Source: an uncultured Legionellales bacterium
GTDB lineage: Bacteria > Pseudomonadota > Gammaproteobacteria > Eutrophobiales > Eutrophobiaceae
Direction: 5' to 3'
Assembly: GCA_913041115.1 (NCBI GenBank)
Contig: CAJWIE010000003.1
Location: 1 to 38,655 of the forward strand
DNA: 38,655 bases
Position numbers and translations under genes: made by a program
Notes under the pieces: model-generated
Databases searched by the model: none
Told to the model about the DNA's origin: nothing
What the model saw: the letters and a program-made list of their open reading frames with translations, nothing else
Shown here: one piece after another, positions 15,626 through 24,592 of the stretch
Layout: each line of letters opens with the position of its first letter
How positions within the stretch are numbered: the stretch's first letter is position 1

Positions 15626-16306
15626 ATGAGTTTTACTGATACAGCGATGCTTATATTGTCAACAACGTTGACAATTTGCTATCTATCATCATCAATAATT
15701 TTTATCAGAGCGGCACTAATTGTAGTACAGATTGGTTATTTTTTTCTTGCAATACATACAGGACTCGACCAACCAGGGATGACTGCAATATTAATTCTAA
15801 GTATAACTAATAGCCTTATAAATGGTTTTAAAATTGCACAGTATTATTACGAAAATTCAATTCTTTGCTTACCAAAAGATTTACATAGTCTCTATCAAGA
15901 TGAATTTCATCTTTTTTCACCAAAAGAATTTAAGATTTTTTTTCAACACGCGGCTCAAGAGGAACGTAGTGGCGAATTGATAAGCGCTAATCAAACTTTT
16001 AAAAATTTAATGTTTGTTCTTGAAGGATCACCAATTATCCGACTTAAGAAAGGAAAGGAGATTCAGTTAACAAAACGAGTCTGGTTAGGCGAGATGAGTT
16101 TCTTGCGTGGAGAAGTAACTTCCGCAGATGTTCTTACTGAGCCATCAGAAAAGGTAAAATTATTAATCTGGAGTAAGTACGATATTGAGGAACTTCAAGA
16201 GAAACAACCGATTGTTATTGAAAAATTGAAATATATTATTGCAAATAGCCTTGCTGAAAAAATTAGATATTCAAATATACTAATTGAAAGTACGTTTTTT
16301 AGGTAA
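15626..16306 (+). CDS. Membrane protein with about 3 TM helices and a C-terminal cNMP-binding (Crp/Popeye-like) domain
   Basis: Three hydrophobic segments in aa 1-72; linker LHSLYQDEFHLFSPKEF; cNMP beta-barrel motifs LMFVLEG and LGEMSFL…SADV; C-helix ANSLAEKI; GAGG RBS. Confidence 0.75.
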   Translation: MSFTDTAMLILSTTLTICYLSSSIIFIRAALIVVQIGYFFLAIHTGLDQPGMTAILILSITNSLINGFKIAQYYYENSILCLPKDLHSLYQDEFHLFSPKEFKIFFQHAAQEERSGELISANQTFKNLMFVLEGSPIIRLKKGKEIQLTKRVWLGEMSFLRGEVTSADVLTEPSEKVKLLIWSKYDIEELQEKQPIVIEKLKYIIANSLAEKIRYSNILIESTFFR

Positions 16307-16308
16307 AA

Positions 16309-17619
16309 TTATTTTTTTATTTTTTCTCCCCATAATTTAGAGTTTTCAAGTAATTCCTCATGTTTGAGGGTTGTTAATTCCCTGTTCTCAAGTAATCTTT
16401 TTCCTGCGACCCAGACATCACTTATTTGACGACGGTCAGCAGCATAAATAATTTGTGATAGAGGCTCGTAAAGCGGGATAGTTTCTATTTGATTAAGATC
16501 AATCGCAACAACATCCGCCTGCTTTCCTTTCTTTAGTGAGCCAATTGACTCACTCATGCCAAGTGCTTTTGCTCCATTTAGTGTTGCCATTCTTAATGTT
16601 GTATGCGCGTCACTACAAGCGCAATCGTTGTTAACCCCTTTAGCTAACAATGCTGTTATATGCATTTCTCCAAGCATATCTAAGTCATTGTTACTTGCCG
16701 CACCATCTGTACCAATACAAACATTAATATTATTTTTTTGTAATTTTCCAACAGGACAAAAACCACTTGCCAATTTTAAATTAGATTCAGGGCAGTGTAC
16801 TACACTAACCCTAGTTTTCTTTATTTCATCGATTTCATTCTGTTCTAACTGTGTCATATGTACCGCAATTAAACGTGAACTCAATAATCCTAGATCTGAT
16901 AAACGTTCAAGAGGTCGTTTCCCATATTGATTGATACTTTGTTCAATTTCATCACTGGTTTCATGGATATGCATATGAATGGGAATATCAAGTTCTTCAG
17001 CGAGTACCGCTATTCTTTTTAGTGAGTCATCTGAAACAGTGTAGGGCGCATGGGGAGCAAATGCAGTACTAATAAGCGGGTTATGTTTGAAGGTATCATG
17101 AATAAATTCACCCTTAGTTAAATATTCATCGCTATTACTTGCCCATGAAGTTGGAAGATCTATGACAATAAGACCAATAACAACACGCATTCCAATATTT
17201 ACACAAACTTCAGCAGTGTTATCCGAAAAAAAATACATATCATTAAAACAGGTTGTTCCACTACGAATCATCTCTGCTACCGCAAGTTTAGTTCCATCCT
17301 TAACAAACTTGGGGCTAATCCATTTTTTCTCAGCAGGCCAAATATGATTGTTAAGCCAATCCATTAATGGTAAATCATTTGCTAATCCACGAAATAACGA
17401 CATTGCAGCGTGTGTGTGAGCATTTACTAGACCAGGGATTAAAGCATGATTTTCTAGAGTTAATTCCTCTTTTGCTGTAAATTTTTTTTTAGCATCTTTA
17501 GAGCTTAATAGGGCTACTATTTTGTCGTTTTTGACAGCAAGCGCGTAGTTTTCATACACCGTATTTTTTGGCTCAACGGGTATTATCCACCTAGCATGTA
17601 CTAAAGTATCAACATTCAT
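16309..17619 (-). CDS. mtaD: TRZ/ATZ-family amidohydrolase, probable 5'-methylthioadenosine/SAH deaminase
   Basis: PGLVNAHTH, APHAPYTV, HMHIHET, HCPESNLKLASG, GTDGAASNN; divergent from mtnA-gyrA as in Pseudomonas. Confidence 0.85.
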   Translation of the reverse strand: MNVDTLVHARWIIPVEPKNTVYENYALAVKNDKIVALLSSKDAKKKFTAKEELTLENHALIPGLVNAHTHAAMSLFRGLANDLPLMDWLNNHIWPAEKKWISPKFVKDGTKLAVAEMIRSGTTCFNDMYFFSDNTAEVCVNIGMRVVIGLIVIDLPTSWASNSDEYLTKGEFIHDTFKHNPLISTAFAPHAPYTVSDDSLKRIAVLAEELDIPIHMHIHETSDEIEQSINQYGKRPLERLSDLGLLSSRLIAVHMTQLEQNEIDEIKKTRVSVVHCPESNLKLASGFCPVGKLQKNNINVCIGTDGAASNNDLDMLGEMHITALLAKGVNNDCACSDAHTTLRMATLNGAKALGMSESIGSLKKGKQADVVAIDLNQIETIPLYEPLSQIIYAADRRQISDVWVAGKRLLENRELTTLKHEELLENSKLWGEKIKK

Positions 17620-17648
17620 TTTGACAACATAACCTAATTATTCTTAAA

Positions 17649-17657
17649 TGCTATGAT
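17649..17657 (+). promoter_or_regulatory. Candidate extended -10 promoter element for mtnA
   Basis: TGcTATGAT 26 nt upstream of the mtnA TTG. Confidence 0.35.
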
Positions 17658-17683
17658 AATTCATCCAACATAAAAAAACGCTA

Positions 17684-18739
17684 TTGAAAAACAAAAAATC
17701 ACAGCTACAGGCAGAAAGTTTTTATGCGGTTAAATGGAACGCAGGAGTCTTAACGCTATTAGATCAGAGAAAATTGCCAAATGAAGTAATTTATCATGAC
17801 TATGGTTCAGCACTAGGTGTTGCTGATGCAATTAGCAAAATGGTAGTTAGAGGTGCTCCAGCGATTGGAATTGCTGCGGCATATGCCGTTGTATTGGCTG
17901 CTCGTTCAGCTTATCAAGATTCATCCAGTAATTGGCGTAATAATATAGAGGAAGTTCTTGACGTTCTATCTACAGCCAGACCAACTGCAGTTAATTTAAA
18001 TTGGGCGATTTCTAAAATGCGTGAAAAATTTGAAACAATCAAAGGTAACCCCGAAACTGATCTATTAAATCTAGCTATTAAAATACATCACGACGATATT
18101 GTCGCTAATTATGAGATGGGACGTCTCGGCGCAGAATTAATTGAGCCTGATAGTAAAGTTATCACTCATTGTAATGCTGGTGCCTTAGCAACAGGTGGGT
18201 ATGGAACAGCATTAGGAGTGATAAGAACAGCTTATAAACAAGGACTATTAAAAAAAGTCTATGCTTCCGAAACACGCCCATGGTATCAAGGTGCTCGATT
18301 AACAAGCTGGGAATTAAAACAAGACAATATTCCGGTGAGTTTATTAATTGATTCAGCAGTATCTAATCTAATGAAAATGGAAAAAATTTCTTGGTTAATC
18401 GTTGGCGCAGATCGTATTGCCGCTAATGGTGATATTGCAAACAAAATTGGTACCTATTCACATATAGTTTCAGCAAAATACCACAACGTGAAAGTTATGG
18501 TAGTGGCACCCTCATCCACTATCGATATGAAAATAGATTCGGGGGGGAAAATAACTATTGAAGATCGTCCAACAGAAGAAGTAACGCATTTTTATAGCGC
18601 AAAAACGTCTTCAAATTCTATTAAAATACTTAATCCAGCGTTCGATATTACTCCTGTATCTTTGATTGATTATGTAGTCACGGAGAAGGGAATTATTCAT
18701 AACCCTGACGCAAAAAAAATGCTTACGATTTTCGGTTAA
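17684..18739 (+). CDS. mtnA: S-methyl-5-thioribose-1-phosphate isomerase
   Basis: LLDQRKLP, MVVRGAPAIG, ARPTAVNL, THCNAGALAT, ETRP..QGARLT.WEL, GADRIAANGD.ANKIGTY, NPAFD.TP. TTG start uncertain. Confidence 0.96.
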   Translation: MKNKKSQLQAESFYAVKWNAGVLTLLDQRKLPNEVIYHDYGSALGVADAISKMVVRGAPAIGIAAAYAVVLAARSAYQDSSSNWRNNIEEVLDVLSTARPTAVNLNWAISKMREKFETIKGNPETDLLNLAIKIHHDDIVANYEMGRLGAELIEPDSKVITHCNAGALATGGYGTALGVIRTAYKQGLLKKVYASETRPWYQGARLTSWELKQDNIPVSLLIDSAVSNLMKMEKISWLIVGADRIAANGDIANKIGTYSHIVSAKYHNVKVMVVAPSSTIDMKIDSGGKITIEDRPTEEVTHFYSAKTSSNSIKILNPAFDITPVSLIDYVVTEKGIIHNPDAKKMLTIFG

Positions 18740-18787
18740 ACTTTTATAAAATCAGGTAGTTAAATCTAAGAATTTAGTAGGGGAAAG

Positions 18788-18806
18788 TACCATATTATGG
18801 TAAAAT
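18788..18806 (+). promoter_or_regulatory. Candidate gyrA extended -10 element overlapped by a perfect 7-1-7 palindrome
   Basis: TACCATA-T-TATGGTA (18788-18802); TGgTAAAAT (18798-18806). Confidence 0.5.
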
Positions 18807-18867
18807 TTGTTCCCTAAAAATTACTACAAAAATAAGGATTTTTTGTTCTTTTCTCAGTAGAAAATCT

Positions 18868-21414
18868 ATGCCCGAATCTGATTTCGCGAAAGTACTATCA
18901 CCAGTCAATATAGAAGACGAAATGCGGCAATCCTATATGGAATACGCAATGAGTGTGATTGTTGGCCGAGCGTTACCAGATGTTCGAGATGGTCTTAAAC
19001 CTGTTCATCGAAGAGTTTTATTCGCCATGAAAGAGATGGGCAATGATTGGAATAAGGCTTACAAAAAATCGGCACGAGTTGTTGGTGATGTTATTGGCAA
19101 ATACCACCCTCATGGCGATACTGCCGTTTACGACACGATAGTTCGAATGGCGCAATCATTTTCTCTAAGATACATGCTTGTAGACGGACAAGGTAACTTT
19201 GGATCTGTCGATGGTGATGCACCTGCAGCAATGAGATATACCGAGGTTCGGATGTCACGTGTTGCGCATGAAATTTTAGAAGATATTGATAAGGAGACAG
19301 TCGAGTTTGCAGCAAATTACGATGGCTCTGAACATGAACCCATTGTTTTACCGACACGAATTCCAAATCTACTTATTAATGGTTCAAGTGGTATTGCTGT
19401 TGGTATGGCAACCAACATACCTCCGCATAATTTGTCTGAAGTTATAGATGCTTGTTTGGCACTGATTAAAACTCCAGAGCTCGAAATTTCAGATCTAATG
19501 AAGCATATTCCTGGACCTGATTTTCCAACAGCTGGAATAATTAACGGTTCATCGGGAATCAGAGATGCTTATGAAACTGGGCGAGGTCGTATAGAGGTCC
19601 GTGCTAGAAGTAAAATTGAAGAGCATGAATCAGGAAATAAAATTGTTATTACCGAACTTCCATATCAGGTCAATAAAGCAAGATTATTAGAGAAGATAGC
19701 AGATCTGGTTAAAAACAAGAAAATTACAGGAATACGTGAGCTACGTGATGAATCAGATAGAGAAGGTATGCGTGTTGTAGTTGAGCTACGCCGCGGCGAA
19801 GTTGCCAAGGTTATATTAAATAACTTATATAAACATACTCAGATGCAGTCAGCCTTTAGTGTTAATGCTGTAGCCTTAGCTGACAACAAACCACAAGCAA
19901 ATTTAAATTTAAAACAATTATTAGAGGCTTTTATTAGCCATCGTCGAGAAATTGTTACAAGAAGGACTATTTTTGAGTTACGCAAGGCACGTGCTCGTGC
20001 CCATATTTTAGAAGGTCTAGCAGTCGCTTTGGCAAATATTGATCCTGTTATTGTGTTAATTAAAAAATCTCCAAGCCCAGCAGAAGCTAAAGCACAGTTA
20101 CTTAAAGGAATTTGGGAATCAAGTGTTGTTGTAGAAATGATAAAAGATGCTGATTCGGAAATTTCGAGACCTGATAATTTACAGCACGAATTTGGATTAC
20201 ACGATGATGGATACAGGCTATCTCCTGAACAAGCTCAGGCAATTCTTGAGTTACGCTTGCAAAAATTAACTGGTCTTGAAAAGGATAAAATACTAAAAGA
20301 GTATAATGATTTATTAAAAATGATTGTTGACTTATTAGATATTCTTTCACGCCCTCAAAGATTAATGAGCGTTATACATGATGAATTAAAAGATATAAAA
20401 GATCGATATGGCGATGAACGCAGGACAGAGATTGTTCAAACACAGAAAGATTTAAGTATGGAAGACTTAATTACAGAGGAAGACGTTGTTGTTACATTAT
20501 CTCATGCAGGCTATGCAAAATCACAACCGGTTAGTACATATCGGTCACAACGACGAGGAGGTAGAGGTAAAGCCGCAACTTCTGTCAAAGATCAGGATTT
20601 TATCGATAAACTATTTATCGCTAGTACCCATGACACATTATTATGTTTTTCAAGTCGAGGTAAACTTTACTGGCTTAAAGTATATGAGTTACCACAGGCA
20701 AGCAGGACTGCTCGCGGCAAACCCATAATTAATTTATTACCACTAAGGGAGGGTGAACAAATTAATGCAGTATTGCCAATAAGAGATTATACCAAAGATA
20801 AGTTTGTATTTATGTCAACTGCAGATGGAACTGTTAAAAAAACGTCATTAATTGAATTCTCTCGCCCTAGACCGAGCGGTATACGTGCAATTGAACTTGT
20901 GGATGGGAATAAATTAATAGGTGTTGAGCTTACTGACGGTAAACGCGACATTATGTTATTCAGCGATGCTGGCAAAGTTGTTCGTTTCCCTGAATCTCAC
21001 GTTCGATCAATGGGTAGATCCGCTAAGGGAGTGCGCGGAATTCGTCTAACTAAAGAGCAAAAGGCAATTTCACTCATTATCGTGGATAGTAAAGATACAA
21101 TGACAGTCTTAACCGCTACTCAGAATGGTTATGGTAAACGAACAAGTATTGAGGATTACCCACAGAAATCACGAGGTGGGGTCGGGGTAATCTCAATACA
21201 GGTTACAAAACGAAATGGTCCCGTTGTTAGTGCGGTTGCTGTCAAAGATGATGATGAAATCATGTTAATAAGTGACCAAGGAACGTTAATTAGAACACCG
21301 GTTAAAGATATTTCTGTATTCGGACGTAATACACAGGGAGTTAGATTGGTAAATCTTAATGAACTTGAACAGTTAGCGAGCATCGAACGTATAATTGAAT
21401 ATACTGACAATTAG
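18868..21414 (+). CDS. gyrA: DNA gyrase subunit A
   Basis: [26 protein letters not shown], catalytic AAMRYTE, GyrA-box QRRGGRG (rules out ParC), C-terminal beta-pinwheel repeats. Confidence 0.99.
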   Translation: MPESDFAKVLSPVNIEDEMRQSYMEYAMSVIVGRALPDVRDGLKPVHRRVLFAMKEMGNDWNKAYKKSARVVGDVIGKYHPHGDTAVYDTIVRMAQSFSLRYMLVDGQGNFGSVDGDAPAAMRYTEVRMSRVAHEILEDIDKETVEFAANYDGSEHEPIVLPTRIPNLLINGSSGIAVGMATNIPPHNLSEVIDACLALIKTPELEISDLMKHIPGPDFPTAGIINGSSGIRDAYETGRGRIEVRARSKIEEHESGNKIVITELPYQVNKARLLEKIADLVKNKKITGIRELRDESDREGMRVVVELRRGEVAKVILNNLYKHTQMQSAFSVNAVALADNKPQANLNLKQLLEAFISHRREIVTRRTIFELRKARARAHILEGLAVALANIDPVIVLIKKSPSPAEAKAQLLKGIWESSVVVEMIKDADSEISRPDNLQHEFGLHDDGYRLSPEQAQAILELRLQKLTGLEKDKILKEYNDLLKMIVDLLDILSRPQRLMSVIHDELKDIKDRYGDERRTEIVQTQKDLSMEDLITEEDVVVTLSHAGYAKSQPVSTYRSQRRGGRGKAATSVKDQDFIDKLFIASTHDTLLCFSSRGKLYWLKVYELPQASRTARGKPIINLLPLREGEQINAVLPIRDYTKDKFVFMSTADGTVKKTSLIEFSRPRPSGIRAIELVDGNKLIGVELTDGKRDIMLFSDAGKVVRFPESHVRSMGRSAKGVRGIRLTKEQKAISLIIVDSKDTMTVLTATQNGYGKRTSIEDYPQKSRGGVGVISIQVTKRNGPVVSAVAVKDDDEIMLISDQGTLIRTPVKDISVFGRNTQGVRLVNLNELEQLASIERIIEYTDN

Positions 21415-21463
21415 GAGTTATGTTGAAAATTGATTAACTATTTTAAAGAAAATTTAATTTCTT

Positions 21464-22549
21464 ATGAATGAAAAAGAGAAGTTAGAAAAAATACGGAATG
21501 ATATCGATTCTTTAGACAAGCAAATACTTGATCTTATTAGTAATCGTGCTCGTTTAGCACAAGAAATTGCTAAAATTAAAATGAATTCATCAGAAACTCT
21601 TGAATTTTATCGTCCAGAACGAGAAGCGCAAATCTTGAGAAAAATAATCGAACATAACAGTGGACCACTATCAGAAGAGGAGATGGTGCGGTTATTTAGA
21701 GAGATTATGTCAGCGTGTCTGGCTTTAGAGCAAGTTTTAGATATTGCTTATTTAGGACCCGAAGGAACATTTACACAATCCGCGGCATTAAAACATTTTG
21801 GCCACTCTGTTAACACAACGGCATTTGGAACTATTGACCAAGTATTTCGAGAAGTTGAGTCAAATGCCTCACATTATGGTGTCGTTCCTATTGAGAATTC
21901 TATTGAGGGAGTTGTAAATCATACATTGGATATGCTGAATCATTCAAGCTTGATGGTTTGTGGTGAAGTTGAATTAAGAATTCATCATCATTTACTAAGT
22001 AAAACTGAAAAGCTTGATGAATTAACACAGGTTTTTTCACATCAACAGTCATTTGCTCAATGTCGAGAGTGGTTAGATACATATTTAGTTAATGTCGAAC
22101 GTGTAGCAGTTGCTAGTAATGGTGAAGCTGCAGACATTGCTAGCAAAAATAATCAGAGCGCTGCTATCGCAAGCGATGCAGCAAGTGAGTTATATAGATT
22201 AAATAAACTTGCAACTAATATTGAGGATGAGCCGGATAATACAACTCGTTTTTTAGTTATAGGTAGAACCATGTGTCCAAAATCTCAAAATGACAAAACT
22301 TCTTTGATTTTCTCTGCTGCTAATAAACCTGGCGCTTTACACAAGATGCTCGGTTGTTTTGCAAAAAATAGCGTCAGCATGACTCGGATTGAATCCAGAC
22401 CATCTAGACGTGAAATGTGGGATTATGTTTTTTTTGTTGATATTGAAGGCCACGCTGAAGATGATTCAGTTAAAAAAGCATTAATTGAGCTTGAAGAATA
22501 CGCTGCAATGGTTAGATTATTAGGCTCATACCCAAGAGCTGTTTTGTAG
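21464..22549 (+). CDS. pheA: Chorismate mutase/prephenate dehydratase (P-protein)
   Basis: AroQ N-domain (R..ID.LD…RPERE), AYLGPEGTF, PIENSIEG, NTTRF, ACT-domain IESRPS. Confidence 0.97.
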   Translation: MNEKEKLEKIRNDIDSLDKQILDLISNRARLAQEIAKIKMNSSETLEFYRPEREAQILRKIIEHNSGPLSEEEMVRLFREIMSACLALEQVLDIAYLGPEGTFTQSAALKHFGHSVNTTAFGTIDQVFREVESNASHYGVVPIENSIEGVVNHTLDMLNHSSLMVCGEVELRIHHHLLSKTEKLDELTQVFSHQQSFAQCREWLDTYLVNVERVAVASNGEAADIASKNNQSAAIASDAASELYRLNKLATNIEDEPDNTTRFLVIGRTMCPKSQNDKTSLIFSAANKPGALHKMLGCFAKNSVSMTRIESRPSRREMWDYVFFVDIEGHAEDDSVKKALIELEEYAAMVRLLGSYPRAVL

Positions 22550-22557
22550 GATTTATC

Positions 22558-23661
22558 GTGTCTTGTGATTTGTTTTCACTCGCAACCCCAGGTGTTTTTG
22601 GGCTCGAACCATATCGTCCAGGAAAATCAATTGAAGAATTGCAACGTGAGCTTGGTCTTGAAGAAGTTATTAAACTTGCTTCTAATGAAAACCCTTTAGG
22701 GCCAAGCCAGAATGTTTTAAATGTCATTGGTTCAATAAAGGATTTATCTCGATACCCAGATGGCAATGGTTTTAATTTAAAGAAGAAGCTTGCGGAGAAA
22801 CACAGCGTTGATATCGAAAGCATTACTTTAGGAAATGGTTCTAATGATATTCTTGAAATGGCAACACGTGTATTTGTCACAGATCAACATGAAGTTATTT
22901 ATTCCAAGCATTCTTTTGCTGTTTATCCATTAGTTACTCAGGCTGTTGGCGCAAAGCATGTTGTAACTCCAGCAAATGACTGGGGACATGATTTAGATGC
23001 GATGTTAAATTCAGTCAATGACCGCACACGTTTAATGTTTATCGCGAATCCAAATAATCCTACGGGAACATGGGTTGATAAAAATAATCTAAGAAGTTTA
23101 CTGGAACAGATTCCCGGACATGTAATTGTATTGGTTGACGAAGCATATTTTGAATATGCAAGCACAGAAGAACAATACCCTGATTGTAGTTCTTGGATAA
23201 ATGATTTTAATAATTTAATTGTTACTCGTACTTTTTCAAAAGCGTATGGGTTGGCAGCTTTACGTATTGGGTATTCTTTATCACATCCAGATATAGCTAA
23301 TTTGTTGAATCGCGTCCGACAGCCATTTAATAATAATAGTCTTGCTTTAGTTGCAGCAGATGTAGCATTACAAGACTTAGAGCACATTAAGAATAGCGTG
23401 AAACTAAATCAACTTGGGATGCATCAATTGACGCAAGCTTTTTGTAATATGGGGCTGGACTATATTTCCTCAAAAGGAAATTTTGTATGTGTAAATTTTA
23501 AACAACCTGCAATTGAAATATATGAGAATTTATTAAAAGCAGGTGTTATTGTTCGACCTATTTCTGATTATGGTATGCCAAATCATTTACGTATTACAAT
23601 TGGACTAGAATGTGAAAATACCAAATTTATTAAAGGGCTTGAGAAAATAATGGTGAAGTAA
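22558..23661 (+). CDS. hisC: Histidinol-phosphate/aromatic aminotransferase
   Basis: PYRPGK, KLASNENPLG, ANPNNPTG, DEAY, RTFSKAYGLA.LRIGY (PLP Lys); GTG start. Confidence 0.95.
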   Translation: MSCDLFSLATPGVFGLEPYRPGKSIEELQRELGLEEVIKLASNENPLGPSQNVLNVIGSIKDLSRYPDGNGFNLKKKLAEKHSVDIESITLGNGSNDILEMATRVFVTDQHEVIYSKHSFAVYPLVTQAVGAKHVVTPANDWGHDLDAMLNSVNDRTRLMFIANPNNPTGTWVDKNNLRSLLEQIPGHVIVLVDEAYFEYASTEEQYPDCSSWINDFNNLIVTRTFSKAYGLAALRIGYSLSHPDIANLLNRVRQPFNNNSLALVAADVALQDLEHIKNSVKLNQLGMHQLTQAFCNMGLDYISSKGNFVCVNFKQPAIEIYENLLKAGVIVRPISDYGMPNHLRITIGLECENTKFIKGLEKIMVK

Positions 23662-23691
23662 CCATTATCGTAATGTATATAATTTCACCTT

Positions 23692-24561
23692 ATGTTAATC
23701 AATAATTTGTCAATCATTGGTGTTGGGCTAATTGGGGGCTCACTTGCTCGTGCGTTACGAAAAGCTAAGCTTGTTGGTAGGGTTACAGGGTGTAATCGTT
23801 CAGAGGAAACTTTAAAAAAGGCAGTTGAATTAGATGTTATCGATGATTATTTTTTGAATATATCTGAGGCAGTAAGAGATGCCGATGTTATTATTATAGG
23901 TACACCGTTATCCGTGTCAGAAAAAGTGTTACCAAAATTAGCTGATTCAATGATGGTAAATGCTATTTTGACAGATGTTGGTAGCGTAAAAGGGGGTATT
24001 ATTAATGCCGCTAGAGAAACATTGGCTGAGAAATTTCCTAATTTTGTTCCTGGCCATCCAATAGCAGGAACTGAAAAGAATGGAGTTGAGGCATCATATG
24101 AAGATTTGTTCGTTAATCATCGTGTCATATTAACTCCTTTGAAAGAAACTTCACCAAATGCACATAAACTTGTTACACAGATGTGGGAATCTGTTGGTGC
24201 TGAAGTTGTTAATTTGGATGTTAAGCATCATGATGAAGTTCTAGCAGCAACAAGCCATTTGCCACATATGCTTGCTTATGCTTTGGTTGATTGTCTTGCT
24301 GGTATGCAGGAGCGTGATGAGATTTTTAAGTATGCAGCGGGAGGTTTTGCTGATTTTACTCGAATTGCTTCTAGCAGCCCAGAAATGTGGCATGATATTT
24401 GTTTTTCAAATAGAGAGGCATTAATTAGAACATTAGAAATGTTTTCATCTCATATTGACGATATAAAGTTAGCGATTGAAAAATCAGAAAGTGATGAATT
24501 GCTAAAAATTTTTAGGCGAGCGAAAGAAGTAAGAGATAAATTTAACAAAGAAAAAAAATGA
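23692..24561 (+). CDS. tyrA: Prephenate/cyclohexadienyl dehydrogenase
   Basis: IIGVGLIGGS, TDVGSVK, GHPIAGTE, HD..LA..SHLPH, GGF.DFTRIA.S.PEMW.DI. Confidence 0.95.
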   Translation: MLINNLSIIGVGLIGGSLARALRKAKLVGRVTGCNRSEETLKKAVELDVIDDYFLNISEAVRDADVIIIGTPLSVSEKVLPKLADSMMVNAILTDVGSVKGGIINAARETLAEKFPNFVPGHPIAGTEKNGVEASYEDLFVNHRVILTPLKETSPNAHKLVTQMWESVGAEVVNLDVKHHDEVLAATSHLPHMLAYALVDCLAGMQERDEIFKYAAGGFADFTRIASSSPEMWHDICFSNREALIRTLEMFSSHIDDIKLAIEKSESDELLKIFRRAKEVRDKFNKEKK

Positions 24562-24592
24562 TAGAAATTGTAATCAATTATTAAATATTGAA

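Noticed and set aside
15626-17619. cNMP membrane protein + deaminase as an anti-phage (Pycsar/CBASS-like) cassette
   Set aside because: The genes are convergent, there is no nucleotide cyclase nearby, and the deaminase is the conserved mtaD next to mtnA-gyrA.
19100-19150. Gyr[13 protein letters not shown] (Thr at the E. coli Ser83 position) as quinolone resistance
   Set aside because: Thr83/Asp87 is the wild-type state in many gammaproteobacteria such as Pseudomonas.
21420-21437. Mini-ORF MLKID* after AGGAG upstream of pheA as a possible attenuator leader
   Set aside because: No Phe codons, no terminator/antiterminator hairpins, and SD spacing is only 2 nt; at most a deletion scar.
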